Below, in pieces: positions 51,753 to 61,442 of a DNA stretch of 64,000 nt (its first letter is position 1; every line of letters starts with the position of its first letter). The stretch is from Candidatus Hydrogenedentota bacterium (GTDB taxonomy: Bacteria > Hydrogenedentota > Hydrogenedentia > Hydrogenedentales > SLHB01). Made by a program: the position numbers and the translations under genes. The notes beneath the pieces were generated by a model that did not search any database, was not told the DNA's origin, and worked only from the letters and a program-made list of their open reading frames with translations. The stretch lies in contig CAXXYE010000009.1 of the NCBI GenBank assembly GCA_963674865.2, forward strand, positions 1,728,001 through 1,792,000, in the 5' to 3' direction.

Positions 51753-54700
51753 CTATATGTCGGATTTTCTGGAAGCGCGGCCCGCTATGCCCAGTCCCAC
51801 AAGCGCAAGTGTCAGTAGGACAACTCCTAGAAGTCCCATTGTCGGTAACTCTTCTCCTTCTGTGACGACTAGTTCATTCGTGGTGCCATCGCTGCCCGCG
51901 TTCCCCACCGCATCAGTTCCTGTAGCCGACACATCATAGACGCCATCGGCCAGGGAAGTCAGGATATTGTCGGCCAACGTCCATGTCCCGTCCCCGTTGT
52001 TCGTGGCTGGATTAGTCTGGCCGTCTACCGTGACCGATAGGCTCGCGGTTGCGTCATCTATCGTACCCGTCAACTCCGGCGTATCGTCGTCGGTGGTCAG
52101 GTTGTTGACCGTCACCGACGGCGCCGTGTTGTCCACATTGACCGTTGCACTCGGGCCGGCGGCTCCCGCCGTATTCCCCGCCAAGTCCGAAGCCGTTAGA
52201 GTGCCAATCGAGATGCCTAGTGTCCCGTCGCCGCTTATGCCCGAGATGGTGACCGTCCGCGTCGCCGTGGCTGAACCGGTAACGTTGACCGAGCCGGTGG
52301 CGGTGCCCGTCGTGTTCAGGGACACATCGCCGTTCGCTAATGTGACAGAGTCCGCCCCCGTATAGGTGATTGTGTACGTCACGGGCCCTGTATTCGTATT
52401 TGTCAACGAGGATGCGCTGATGGACACGCCAGGCGCCGTGTTATCTACATTAAAGGTCGCACTGGGGCCAGCGGTTCCGGCCGTATTCCCTGCCAAGTCC
52501 GAAGCCGTTAGGGCGCCAATCGAGATGCCTAGTGTTCCGTCGCCGCTTATGCTCGAGATGGTGACCGTCCGCGTCGCCGTGCCTGAACCTGTAACATTGA
52601 CCGCGCCGGTGGCGGTGCCCGTCGTGTTCAGAGACACATCGCCGTTCGCTAATGTGACAGAGTCCGCCCCCGTGTAGGTGATTGTGTACGTCGCGGGCCC
52701 TGTATTCGTGTCTGCCACCGAAGGGGCGCCAATAGCCACAATAGGCGCCGTGTTATCTACGTTGAAAGTTGTACTGGGACCTGCAGTCCCGGCCGTATTT
52801 CCTGCCAAGTCCGAAGCCGTCAGGGCTCCAATCAAGATGCCTAGTGTCCCGTCGCCGCTTATGCTTGAGATGGTGACCGTCCGCGTCGCCGTGCCTGAAC
52901 CTGTAACATTGACCGCGCCGGTGGCGGTGCCCGTCGTGTTCAGAGACACATCGCCGTTCGCCAATGTGACAGAGTCCGCCCCCGTATAGGTGATTGTGTA
53001 CGTCACGGGCCCTGTATCCGTGTCTGTCACCGAAGGGGCGCCAATAGTCACTATAGGCGCTATCTTATCAATAGCGTAGCTCTCTCCAGCAGTATAATCT
53101 CCATTGCTTGCGCCCGCGCCACCCAACGCATTGCTCGCGGCATCTTGAATCGAATCGTCATCTGACACATCGATACTAAGTGTCCCGTTTCCAGAACCTG
53201 TGTTTACAGAAACCGTGTACGTATCCCCACTGCCCGATACGCCCGTAACTGATGCGCCTGACACACCGGTGGCGTCAACAGCGAAATCAGTGGTGTCTAC
53301 GCCTGTGACGCTCTCGCTGAAAACGACCGTGAAGTCGACAGAAGATGCATTCGTGGGACTACTATCCGCACGTGTGAGGGATTGGACCGCAGGAGGCGTT
53401 GTGTCGTCTAGAAGTTTAAGGACACAGACATCCTGTCCCCCGGCCGATGTCAGATTATACGTGCCGGCCCCCGGGTCAAAGTCGGCCGTTCCGCCGAAAT
53501 CACCGCTGGCGTAAACGTTGCCAGTGCTGTCAAGTGCGACGCCCCATAGGCCGTCGTTTCCGCCGCCGCCCACGGCCTTGGCCCAGACGAAACCTCCGCT
53601 CGAATCAAGTTTCAACACGTATGCGTCATTCAATCCCACCGCAGTGAGGTTATAAGTGCCCGCGCCCGGATCGAAATCAACCGTATTCCAGAACCCGCCA
53701 ACCGTATACAGGTTATTCGAGCTATCCAACGTTACAGCTTTGCACCTGTCATTGTTTGCGGCGCCCACGCGCTTAGCCCATACAAAACTCCCACTAGAGT
53801 CCAGTTTTAGCACAAAGGCGTCCTGCCCCCCCGCCGATGTCAGATTATACGTGCCGGCGCCCGGGTCAAAATCGGCCGTGCTACCGAAATCGCCGGTGAC
53901 GTAAACGTTGCCGCCACTGTCAAGTGCGACGTACTCTGAGCCGTCGTTTCCGACGCCGCCCACGGCCTTGGCCCAGACGAAACCTCCGCTCGAATCAAGT
54001 TTGCACACGAATGTGTCATTCAATCCCGCTGCAGTGAGGTTCTGAGTTCCTGCACCCGGATCGAAATCAACCGTATTCCAAAACCAACCAACCGTATACA
54101 CGTTATTCGAGCCATCCAACACTAAACCTCTGGCCATATCATTACTTGCGGCGCCCATGCGCTTAGCCCATACGAAGTTTCCACTAGAGTCCAGTTTTGA
54201 CACGAAAATATCTTGTGTTCCTGCCGATGTCAGGTTATACGTGCCGGCGCCCGGGTCAAAATCGGCCGTTCCGCCGAAATCGCCTGATATGTAGACACTA
54301 CCTGAGCCATCAACAGCGATACCCCATCCCCCTTCATTTGCAGAGGCACCGCCCATGGCCCTGGCCCATGCAAAACTCCCACTCGAATCCAGCTTACAAA
54401 CGAATATGTCACACAAGCCAGATGATGTGAGATTTGAAGTGCCCACGCCCGGATCAAAGTCTACTGTACCACTAAAACTACCAGTAATATACACATTGGT
54501 GGAGTCGTCGAAAGCTATCCCATAGCATTCATCCGTGCCCGCCGCGCCTATAGCATGTGCCCATACAAGACCGCCATTGGCATTCAGCTTCGACACGAAT
54601 ATGTCCGTGCCCCCTGCCGAAGTGAGATTGAGACTGCCTACGCCCGGATCGAAGTCAACGGTTCCCTGAAACTTGCCGACAAAATAGACGTTACCAGAAT

Positions 54701-54899
54701 CGTCTACACGACTATTGTACGAGTACTCACTGCTTGTGCCGCCTATCCGGTCCGCCCAAAGGAAGGAACCCTGGGCAAAGCTGTTACTTGCGTGAAGTAT
54801 TGATATGAATGTAATAATTGATGAGATTAGGAGACAGGCCGCAACCCGACTCCGGCCAACTTGGATCACAACATGTTTTTGTTCTAGGTCTCTCACCAT
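51753..54899 (-). CDS. SBBP beta-propeller + Ig-like repeat surface protein with LP-TM-basic tail
   Basis: Seven DFDPG...D.FV.KLDSSG-type repeats (390-bp DNA period in part), three 104-aa Ig repeats (312-bp period) and C-terminus ELPTMGLLGVVLLTLALVGLGIAGRASRK. Confidence 0.88.
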   Translation of the reverse strand: MVRDLEQKHVVIQVGRSRVAACLLISSIITFISILHASNSFAQGSFLWADRIGGTSSEYSYNSRVDDSGNVYFVGKFQGTVDFDPGVGSLNLTSAGGTDIFVSKLNANGGLVWAHAIGAAGTDECYGIAFDDSTNVYITGSFSGTVDFDPGVGTSNLTSSGLCDIFVCKLDSSGSFAWARAMGGASANEGGWGIAVDGSGSVYISGDFGGTADFDPGAGTYNLTSAGTQDIFVSKLDSSGNFVWAKRMGAASNDMARGLVLDGSNNVYTVGWFWNTVDFDPGAGTQNLTAAGLNDTFVCKLDSSGGFVWAKAVGGVGNDGSEYVALDSGGNVYVTGDFGSTADFDPGAGTYNLTSAGGQDAFVLKLDSSGSFVWAKRVGAANNDRCKAVTLDSSNNLYTVGGFWNTVDFDPGAGTYNLTAVGLNDAYVLKLDSSGGFVWAKAVGGGGNDGLWGVALDSTGNVYASGDFGGTADFDPGAGTYNLTSAGGQDVCVLKLLDDTTPPAVQSLTRADSSPTNASSVDFTVVFSESVTGVDTTDFAVDATGVSGASVTGVSGSGDTYTVSVNTGSGNGTLSIDVSDDDSIQDAASNALGGAGASNGDYTAGESYAIDKIAPIVTIGAPSVTDTDTGPVTYTITYTGADSVTLANGDVSLNTTGTATGAVNVTGSGTATRTVTISSISGDGTLGILIGALTASDLAGNTAGTAGPSTTFNVDNTAPIVAIGAPSVADTNTGPATYTITYTGADSVTLANGDVSLNTTGTATGAVNVTGSGTATRTVTISSISGDGTLGISIGALTASDLAGNTAGTAGPSATFNVDNTAPGVSISASSLTNTNTGPVTYTITYTGADSVTLANGDVSLNTTGTATGSVNVTGSATATRTVTISGISGDGTLGISIGTLTASDLAGNTAGAAGPSATVNVDNTAPSVTVNNLTTDDDTPELTGTIDDATASLSVTVDGQTNPATNNGDGTWTLADNILTSLADGVYDVSATGTDAVGNAGSDGTTNELVVTEGEELPTMGLLGVVLLTLALVGLGIAGRASRKSDI

Positions 54900-55055
54900 T
54901 CCTTCCTCCTCCAGTATTCAGTGCAATTCCCCATATGGAACCCCGCACACCTTCACCAGGCAACTTCTGTTCGTGATACCCCGCGAACCGTGTTGGCCAC
55001 TTCAAGCGCTGCCACGACATAATGTGCACCCCCCTTTGAGGGGACATCCGCCCGG

Positions 55056-55070
55056 GCACGCGTTGCGCCA
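55056..55070 (-). promoter_or_regulatory. Candidate sigma54 promoter for the SBBP gene
   Basis: TGGCGC-AACGC-GTGC has the correct GG-N10-GC spacing but an imperfect -12 element. Confidence 0.4.
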
Positions 55071-55450
55071 TCGGATACCGAACACCCGTTGACTTTGAAG
55101 CCCAACTCATGGCAAAAAGCATCCGTCCCTGCGTGTCCGCAAATTCGGGGTAACTCCACTTCATTCCCTTACTGGGCTTGAAGAGGGAATCCCGAGTTTT
55201 CGCATGGTTCCCCTAGACCGGCATTCAACCCTAACCATGGAACAGCAAGACCTGTGCCCAGTCCAGGACAGAAGAGGGGAGAACGGGGTAAGCCCCTGGG
55301 GGACAGAGCGATATAGCAGGGAAGGCAGTGCCAAAGGCACACGCGATATTTGACGAGTTTCTCTGTTCTTCCAATGCTTTGGAAAAACAGAGAAACTCGC
55401 AGCAGATGTCACACCGGGAAGCCGAGAACCAGTGCCAAAGTGGTCCTAGA

Positions 55451-57289
55451 CTAAGCTCCGATGTTGAATTTAGAGAGCTTCTTGTAAAGTGTACTGACGC
55501 CCACGTGGAGCACTTGGGCCGCCTTGCGCACATCCCCGTCGCAAAGCTTGAGCACGGCCGAGATGTGGCTCTTTTCCGCCTCGCGGAGACTTTGAAGAGG
55601 CCCGTCCGGTTCGTCAGCAGCCAGAGGTTCAGGTCGGAGAAGGAGGTCGCGAAGTCCAATAACATCATCCCCTGCAACCGCCACCGCCCTCAATATGGTG
55701 TTGCGAAGCTCGCGGACGTTGCCGGGCCAGGCCCGGGATTGAAGGTGCTCGAGAGCCTCGGGCGCGATGCCTTTCAGCACATGCCGCGCTTGGCTTCTCG
55801 CCAATTCAAAGAAGTGATGGGCGAGAACCGGGATGTCGGCAGGGCGGTCGCGAAGGGGGGGGATGTGGATCTCAAAACCATTGAGCCGGTAGAAAAGATC
55901 TTCGCGGAACTCCCCCCGCTTGATCTTCTCATGCAAATCCGCGTTAGTGGCTGCCACTACGCGCATGTCAACATACGTCTCCTTCTTCGCGCCGACGCCG
56001 CGGAATGTTCCACTCTCGATCGCGCGGAGTATCCGCGCTTGGCACTCAAGACTCATGTCGCCGACTTCGTCCAAGAACAGTGTGCCCCCATGTGCCTGCG
56101 TCAATAGACCGATATGAGAATTGACGGCGCCGGTAAAAGCGCCTTTCTTGTGTCCAAAGAGCTGGCTCTCGAGGAGGTCGCCTGGAACGGCTGCGCAATT
56201 CACTACAATGAAAGGCCCTGAAGAGCGGCGCGATTGCGCGTACAACGTACGAGCAGCGAGTTCTTTGCCTGTTCCCGTCTCACCGATGAAGAGCACGTTC
56301 AACTCGGAACCCGCCGCCTTGGCAATCGCCTCTTGAACGCGCAGCATTGCATCGCTGGCGCCTACCAGGATCGGTGACTCATTAGCCCGCGCCCGGAAGT
56401 AAGCGGTGTCCTTTTCAAGCCGTTCAATGTTCTCAATGGCGTGAATGAAAGGGGCCAGAGATTTCGCTAGCAGAGCCAGAAACTCGAGTTCGTACTCGGC
56501 ATCGTAGCCTTCGCGTGGCGTCATCTTCACAGCAATGGCCGCGATGTTGATCCCGCCAACACTGACCGGCATGACCATGGTAAACAACCGGCCGCTATGG
56601 CCTGCCCGCAGGCTTTCCTCGGCAAGCATAATGCCCCTGTGCTCACGAAGAGCAGCGCGAATTGTCTGTAGGGGCGCGCGTTCGCTTGGGTCCTGACCGG
56701 AACTGAAGGTAGGATAAAACACAAGGTCGTCCCCATTGAACGCCCGGGCAATCCAAAGGGACTGTGGATTCAATATGTCATTTAGCCATCGTCCAATCCG
56801 CGCCATAAGTTCCGCCACGGAATCGCAGGTGCTCAAATCGAAGGCAACGTCATGAAGCAGGGAAAATTCCCGCACCGTTCGAGGCCTCAACCTGTGCGAC
56901 AATTCAGAATCATCACACTTCACGGAGACGAGTTCCTTGCCGGAAAGGCCGCCCGTTTCAGACTCCTCTGCGTTCTGACTATTGGCCCCTCGCTTCTTAG
57001 GCTCCGCGGCAACGACAAACAACTCGCTCCCAAGAGCGATCTCATCGCCAACCATTAAAACCACTTCCTCAGACGGCACGCCGTTTACCAAAGCCAGGTT
57101 GCGGCTTCCCAAATCTTGGAAATGAAGGCTGCTTCCATCGTTAGCGATCCGGCAGTGCTTTCGCGACACGATAGAATCCTCGACGCAGATGTCGCATTCA
57201 GAGCCCCGTCCCATAACGAGAGGCCTTTCCCCAATGGCCCAGATGGCGCCCTTGTTTTTCCCGGATATTCCGACAATGCCAACGATCAC
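55451..57289 (-). CDS. FHA-GAF-AAA-Fis sigma54 enhancer-binding protein
   Basis: MGRG...VSRKHC...DLGSRN...VNG (FHA), [22 protein letters not shown] and HTH. GTG 57289 follows GGAGAAGGA. Confidence 0.9.
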   Translation of the reverse strand: MIVGIVGISGKNKGAIWAIGERPLVMGRGSECDICVEDSIVSRKHCRIANDGSSLHFQDLGSRNLALVNGVPSEEVVLMVGDEIALGSELFVVAAEPKKRGANSQNAEESETGGLSGKELVSVKCDDSELSHRLRPRTVREFSLLHDVAFDLSTCDSVAELMARIGRWLNDILNPQSLWIARAFNGDDLVFYPTFSSGQDPSERAPLQTIRAALREHRGIMLAEESLRAGHSGRLFTMVMPVSVGGINIAAIAVKMTPREGYDAEYELEFLALLAKSLAPFIHAIENIERLEKDTAYFRARANESPILVGASDAMLRVQEAIAKAAGSELNVLFIGETGTGKELAARTLYAQSRRSSGPFIVVNCAAVPGDLLESQLFGHKKGAFTGAVNSHIGLLTQAHGGTLFLDEVGDMSLECQARILRAIESGTFRGVGAKKETYVDMRVVAATNADLHEKIKRGEFREDLFYRLNGFEIHIPPLRDRPADIPVLAHHFFELARSQARHVLKGIAPEALEHLQSRAWPGNVRELRNTILRAVAVAGDDVIGLRDLLLRPEPLAADEPDGPLQSLREAEKSHISAVLKLCDGDVRKAAQVLHVGVSTLYKKLSKFNIGA

Positions 57290-57376
57290 GGTGCTTCCTT
57301 CTCCTGTTCTCGGGTGATCTGAAAGCACCCTTGCGCTGGTGGCCCCATTCTCGCAGTGGAAATCATGTGTTCGCCC

Positions 57377-60300
57377 TCAAGGGTCCAAAGCCAGGTGTTC
57401 CTGCAAACTGAGAAGCCCCTCTTGAAAAACGGCGGACTCATCGCGGAGCGCGACGCTCTCCGATTGAACAGAGGCCATCCAGGCGGTGGAATAGGCTGAC
57501 GCGACATCGCCGGAGAAGTGCAACACGCGCCCGTCGGCTGAGAACGCCGCAGGCCATTGCCCCTCCTGCTCGAGAACGATTAGTTCCCGCCCGTCCGACA
57601 CTGCATGAACGGACACTTCATTGGGAATGGCAACCAGGGCAAAGCGATCTCCAGCGGGATGCATAGCCACTTGGAGGGCTTGCGTCTTGAGCAAACGCCA
57701 TACCTCGCGCCGTTCGTCCAAGTCCCACAAGAACGGCTGGGTACGGGAGCCCAGAACGATCGCGCCCCGCGAATCGGGCGTGAAAGTTATCTCCCACGGG
57801 ATGCCTATTTCGGCTTCGTGCTCTGAGACAATACCCCCTGAGCCAGCGTCCATGACATGAAGCACGCCCTCATCGCCGCTGACCGCTCGCCCGGCGGCGA
57901 GCCAGCGGCCGTCAGGGCTGTACGCCAGCGCGTAGACGGGATGCGGCGCCCGGTCGGTCGTTAGTATGCACTGGCCATTACTTGTATCGAGCACGCGGAT
58001 TTCATATTCGCGGCCCGCGCGGGGAATGTGGTCTCCCGTCCCAACGGCCAGACGCGCACTGTCCGGCGAGAAGGCTACGGCAAAGAACTGTTCCTCCGCG
58101 TCTTCCACGGTTAGAACAGGCTCTTGTGTCGCCGTGCGCCAGATTTTGACCGTACCCTCCACAGAGGCTGAAGCCAATAATTGATCGTCGCTGCTGAACG
58201 CCAGCCCTCTGACGCAGGCCTTGTGAGCCTCCCATGTCGCGGCGAGTTTGAAAGAAGGTACATCCCACAAGAACAATCGCCCGTGCGTGTCGGTGGTAGC
58301 CAGATACCGCACGAGATTCCCGAAGGCAAAAACCCTCCCCCCACCAGGCTTTATCTGTGGCAGTTCCAACGATACCGGGTTCCCATCCGCTCCGACAATT
58401 GGAATTCTCTCAGAATAGCAGTCTTCGAGAACCGACCATAGTTTGACTTCACTTGCATCAACACCGGCCACACAGGCCCCATTCGGGCTGAAGGCAAGGA
58501 AATTCAGCGCCATAGAATGACCTTGGCGGCGTCCGAGGAGTTCACCCGTATCGCCGCGCCACAACGCCAACGTGTCCCCGGAACCGAGGGCAACGATCCG
58601 CCCTCCAGGACTTATAGCCACGGCACTAGGCCAGTCTCTCGTCGCTCCTTCGAGTTCGGCTACTTTCTCCTCGCTGCTTATATTCCAGACTTCCACGTTG
58701 CCAAACTCGGATTGTATGACCACATTCTTGCTCTTGGAGTCATATGCCGCCAACCAGTTCCGCACGGGCATCAGCGCAGTCTGCTCGCCGGTGTCGACGT
58801 CTAAGACACCCAAGTGTTCGTCAACAAAGAGAAGCCGTCGGTTGGCGTCAAGGAATCCAAGTACTTGCCCGCGCGGTCGCCGGTGTCGTTCCGCCCACTC
58901 GGGCTCGGTGGTGGTATTACCTGTTGACTCCGGCGGCCTGTATGAGGCCATCTGGAATCGTCCTTTCTCTGAACCGGTTGAAGGGTCCCAGATAATGACC
59001 TCCCTCGTTCCCCTTTCGTCATTCAGATTGTAGCCGGCAGCTAACTCTCGACTTGGACTAAGGATAAACGAGCGCAACGCGCCGGCCCCGCTGTCAAAAC
59101 GGGCGAGGCTCTCCCCTGTCTGCAGGTCGAGGATCTCCACAACATGGCGGCCAGTGGCTACGGACACTTGAGAACCGTCTCCGAGGAATTGCGTGCACTC
59201 ACGCCAGCCCGGATACGGACCTATCACACGAACAGTTTCACCCTGTTGAATGTCAAAAAGGGACTTTGTCAAGTAACCTGGCCGGTCATCAAGGATGTAG
59301 CGGGAGTCTGGACTGAAGATAGCCTTGTATAACGAGCCGGGCGGCATGCCTTGAACCTGCCCCACGCGCAACGTCAGCAAAGCTGGACTACTTCGACGCA
59401 AGAGGCTCCCCCACTCCCAGCCGCGGTGTTTGGCGGGACAACGCCAAAGCAACTGCCGGCCCCTAACATACGCCCCCTCATCCAGGCGCTTTTGGGCCAT
59501 GCCCAAGAGAGCGCTGTAATTCTCCCAGACCAGCTGCCGGTTGGCCTCTTCGGCGGCGAGACGCTGGGCGCGCTCGCGGTCGTGCGCCTCGACGACCTGA
59601 ACGTAGGAGATAATGCCCATTACAAGAAGGATGAGGAACGCTGCGGCTGCCGTCCTGATCAACGTCCCGTGGCGGCGGGCAAATCGGGACAGACGCTCGA
59701 CTGGAGTATAACGATGCGCCTGGACCATCGCGCCGGAAAGATATCGAAGGACTTCGTCTGCAAGTTCCTTTGCGGAGGGATACCGATCTTCTGGGGCCTT
59801 CTTCATTGCTTGACGGCACACCGCGGCAAGCTCAACCGGTGCGTTGCGCTCAATGGACTTAACCGGTGGGGGGGCTTCTGTCCTGATCTTTTCGAGAATC
59901 TCGGCGGAAGACTCACATTCGAACGGGCGGCGCCCTGTGAGCAGTTCGTAGAGTACTACGCCCAAGGAAAAAACATCAGATGCCTCAGTAACTTGTTCGA
60001 CATCTCCAGAGGCCTGCTCAGGAGACATGTAGCTGGGCGTTCCCAGAACTTTCCCGCCCTCTGTATGATAACCTTGCTCCGTTGTTGGACTAGAAGGCAG
60101 GTCCGCTATGGGCAACTCCTTCGAATCTTTAGTCTTGGCAAGACCCCAATCGACCACAATCGTTTCGCCGAATTCACCCAGCATAACGTTGGACGGTTTA
60201 ATATCGCGGTGAAGCACACCGTGACTGTGCGCATAGGCGATGGCCTGGCAGAGGTCAAGGTAGTGTGAAAGAAGCTCCATGCGTTTGGGCAAGGTCTTTG

Positions 60301-60760
60301 CGGTGGCGATGGCACGCCCCAAAGTGTGCCCGCGGACGAACTTCATCGTGTAGAAAAGAGTGTCGTCCTCTCGCCGGGCGAGTTCGTGAACCGGTACAAT
60401 GGATGGATGTTCAAGCTGACCGGTGATCCGAGCTTCCCGCAGGAATCGCGCGGCCATGGCCTCGCTCAGTCTGCGGGTTGTCTCTGCGTCCAGCGTCTCG
60501 GACTCTGGTGCACTTGCGAGTATAAGTTCCTTGAGGGCGATGTCCCGGTCCAGATACTCGTCGTGGACCAACAGAACCCGGCCCATACCGCCCCTGGCAT
60601 ACTCGGTGATTCTCCTATAGCGCGCCGCGGTCCTAGTGACAGGAGGTAACGAACCTAGGGCAATACTCTCAACCTCGCTAGAAGAGCCCCCGTCCGCCGT
60701 TACGTCCCCCAGGTCCTGGGTCTTCGGACTGTTCTCGTCACCGGTGGTTCCGTCTTCCAT
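57377..60760 (-). CDS. Hanks-type Ser/Thr kinase with TM segment and WD40 repeats
   Basis: RGGMGRV, ALKE, HRDIKPSN, DWG and GTPSYMSPEQ; hydrophobic AAAFLILLVMGIISYV; AFSPD/WD repeats. Confidence 0.93.
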   Translation of the reverse strand: MEDGTTGDENSPKTQDLGDVTADGGSSSEVESIALGSLPPVTRTAARYRRITEYARGGMGRVLLVHDEYLDRDIALKELILASAPESETLDAETTRRLSEAMAARFLREARITGQLEHPSIVPVHELARREDDTLFYTMKFVRGHTLGRAIATAKTLPKRMELLSHYLDLCQAIAYAHSHGVLHRDIKPSNVMLGEFGETIVVDWGLAKTKDSKELPIADLPSSPTTEQGYHTEGGKVLGTPSYMSPEQASGDVEQVTEASDVFSLGVVLYELLTGRRPFECESSAEILEKIRTEAPPPVKSIERNAPVELAAVCRQAMKKAPEDRYPSAKELADEVLRYLSGAMVQAHRYTPVERLSRFARRHGTLIRTAAAAFLILLVMGIISYVQVVEAHDRERAQRLAAEEANRQLVWENYSALLGMAQKRLDEGAYVRGRQLLWRCPAKHRGWEWGSLLRRSSPALLTLRVGQVQGMPPGSLYKAIFSPDSRYILDDRPGYLTKSLFDIQQGETVRVIGPYPGWRECTQFLGDGSQVSVATGRHVVEILDLQTGESLARFDSGAGALRSFILSPSRELAAGYNLNDERGTREVIIWDPSTGSEKGRFQMASYRPPESTGNTTTEPEWAERHRRPRGQVLGFLDANRRLLFVDEHLGVLDVDTGEQTALMPVRNWLAAYDSKSKNVVIQSEFGNVEVWNISSEEKVAELEGATRDWPSAVAISPGGRIVALGSGDTLALWRGDTGELLGRRQGHSMALNFLAFSPNGACVAGVDASEVKLWSVLEDCYSERIPIVGADGNPVSLELPQIKPGGGRVFAFGNLVRYLATTDTHGRLFLWDVPSFKLAATWEAHKACVRGLAFSSDDQLLASASVEGTVKIWRTATQEPVLTVEDAEEQFFAVAFSPDSARLAVGTGDHIPRAGREYEIRVLDTSNGQCILTTDRAPHPVYALAYSPDGRWLAAGRAVSGDEGVLHVMDAGSGGIVSEHEAEIGIPWEITFTPDSRGAIVLGSRTQPFLWDLDERREVWRLLKTQALQVAMHPAGDRFALVAIPNEVSVHAVSDGRELIVLEQEGQWPAAFSADGRVLHFSGDVASAYSTAWMASVQSESVALRDESAVFQEGLLSLQEHLALDP

Positions 60761-60984
60761 AGGCCCTCGTATACGCTATAGCTAGAACCGGCTCTATGAG
60801 CCCTTGGATGCAATAGCCACCTGATGCGGGCGGCTTCGGCTCACGTTGATTGCCTCCCTACGCGTGCCCAAGACTCCCTTGTACAAGATTAGCGCGACAA
60901 TGGCCCAGATCACAATGTCACCCCCCTGCTGGCCCTCGCCGAGGCCCATACCGGTAGGCCGCTATTGGCCGCAGGCGGATAAAC

Positions 60985-61179
60985 GCGGCCGTCACGTGTC
61001 CTCTTCGCAGCTCCCCTTCGATTCGCACTTGTCCTGCGCCATGTCCGAACACCCGGTGGTGTACGTCTTCAGTGCCAGGCACGCTTCGCAGGTCGATTGA
61101 GCTTGGCTCGGGAGTTTGCTTGTCACGCTGATGTGCTTCATCCTTGCCCCCTCCTGACTACCAGTATAGGCCGATGCCG
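60985..61179. repeat. ~200-bp direct repeat, copy 2
   Basis: Homolog of 51486-51684. Confidence 0.95.
60992..61141 (-). CDS. 49-aa Cys-rich peptide, copy 2 (MKHISVTSKLPSQAQSTCEACLALKTYTTGCSDMAQDKCESKGSCEEDT)
   Basis: Hand-translated. RBS AGGAGGGGG and its own sigma70-like promoter; 46/49 aa identical to copy 1. Confidence 0.82.
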   Translation of the reverse strand: MKHISVTSKLPSQAQSTCEACLALKTYTTGCSDMAQDKCESKGSCEEDT

Positions 61180-61191
61180 ATTTCCTGACAA
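61163..61191 (-). promoter_or_regulatory. Sigma70 promoter of peptide copy 2
   Basis: TTGTCA-17 bp-TATACT on the minus strand, just upstream of the RBS. Confidence 0.7.
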
Positions 61192-61442
61192 CCCATGACG
61201 GGCTTCCTCGTGGCGGCGCCCCGGTGTATCAATCCGCAATGCCCTCTCCCAGCGAGCGAGCCGTTACCGTTAGCATTACGGAATTGTAATGTAACGGCCC
61301 GGCTTCCCTTCATTTTTCGCTGCTATAAACCTTATCGAAGCGGCACACGGAAGCGCCCGGCAGAGCGAAGGCGGAAGGGGCGCCGCCGTCAGCCGCGCTC
61401 GAAGGGCAACGGCAGCTCGCAGTCAGAACGGAGGCTACAGTC

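Noticed and set aside
52120..54300. 312-bp and 390-bp DNA repeats as mobile or array elements
   Set aside because: They are in-frame Ig-like and SBBP domain duplications within one CDS.
55321..55440. TTGGCAC sites on the minus strand as sigma54 promoters
   Set aside because: Neither has GC at the required -12 spacing.
51486..61179. attL/attR of a prophage or ICE
   Set aside because: No integrase, phage or conjugation genes lie between the repeats, and the copies differ mainly at synonymous positions of an ORF.
51486..61179. Diversity-generating retroelement TR/VR pair
   Set aside because: The differences are not adenine-specific and there is no reverse transcriptase in the window.
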